NCBI GenBank assembly: GCA_004022145.1 | Contig: RCNU01000006.1 | Direction: 5' to 3' (one strand) | Origin: Paecilomyces variotii | Taxonomy: Eukaryota | DNA: 64,000 bases | In this document: piece after piece, positions 63,490 through 64,000 of the stretch | How positions within the stretch are numbered: the first letter of the stretch is position 1 | Layout: each line of letters opens with the position of its first letter | Notes under the pieces: model-generated | Told to the model about the DNA's origin: nothing | The model's database searches: none | Seen by the model: only the letters and a program-made list of their open reading frames with translations | Program-made: the position numbers and the translations under genes

Positions 63490-63560
63490 CTACTGTTGTT
63501 GTTGTTGTTGTTGTCGTCGTCGTTGTTGCTGCTGCTGTGGTTGCTGCTGCTGCTGTCGCT
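63490..63560. repeat. Compound trinucleotide microsatellite (GTT/GTC/GCT)
   Basis: Runs of gtt, gtc and gct triplets immediately upstream of the paralog B start; a shorter equivalent lies upstream of paralog A (about 59300-59317). Confidence 0.85.
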
Positions 63561-64000
63561 GGTGAGGAAAGAGAAAGGGAGGAGAAGGAGAATTTTGGAA
63601 GTTTTCTTTTTTTGTGGGAAAAGGGGGGTGCCAATAACACAGGAAACGACATGTGACTGAGAGAAAGGAGCGAGCACTGCTGTCCATATACGGCAAGTGG
63701 GTTGCTCCTCGCCCTTCAGGTCGACGAGAACTCGAAGGATCATCTCTGGTCTTCCTCGTCTCGTCTAATACTGGACGGGATTGATCCTTGTATAACGAGG
63801 ACTAGTACCAGCAAGATCCAGTGTTCTATAAGATCTATCTCTATATGTCGGGTTGGTACGTCTTTTACGGGCTAGAGTAGCAGCATTGAGGATGCTGCTG
63901 TTATCTCTGCAGAGTATTAGAAGTGTCGCAAGATCTTCTATTAGTGACGTTCTATAAGCAAGATATATAGACATTGAGAAACAGACAATATTAATTGGGC

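Noticed and set aside
56200-64000. Calling the region a Starship or other named transposon
   Set aside because: No tyrosine recombinase, transposase, reverse transcriptase, terminal repeats or target site recognisable inside the window.
1-64000. tRNA, 5S or other rRNA genes
   Set aside because: No cloverleaf with a T-loop context or 5S-like sequence was recognised by eye; a tRNAscan-SE/Infernal run would be needed to exclude them.

Overview
Intron-containing genomic DNA from a filamentous ascomycete; gene content and GT-AG/CTAAC intron style suggest Eurotiales (inference). Conserved housekeeping genes include S-formylglutathione hydrolase, separase, a DUF5321-like protein, the Agc1 mitochondrial carrier, Qri7, Nto1, a Tra2/SR-like RRM protein, Dpy-30/Sdc1, FAN1 and RPS13. 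They alternate with accessory or decaying patches: a PAP2-like membrane protein, a phosphotransferase-like pseudogene, a Myb protein, an SRPK-like kinase plus a pseudogene of the same family, and an aromatic-metabolism mini-cluster (vanillyl-alcohol-oxidase pseudogene, Zn2Cys6 factor, FAD monooxygenase). The most unusual part is the last ~8 kb. Two paralogous small 5-exon genes, largely missed by the ORF track, share the motif AEYxAELASKGIxVP, and each sits upstream of a larger stop-riddled reading frame. Between them lies a ~44-copy 14-bp minisatellite that is open in all six frames and has higher-order structure. Other leads: a small protein with SILK+RVxF PP1-docking motifs, a structured RPS13 intron, and unexplained splice signals downstream of the SR-like gene. 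I recognised no rRNA, tRNA, CRISPR or transposase. Exon boundaries were read by eye from splice consensus and frame continuity.
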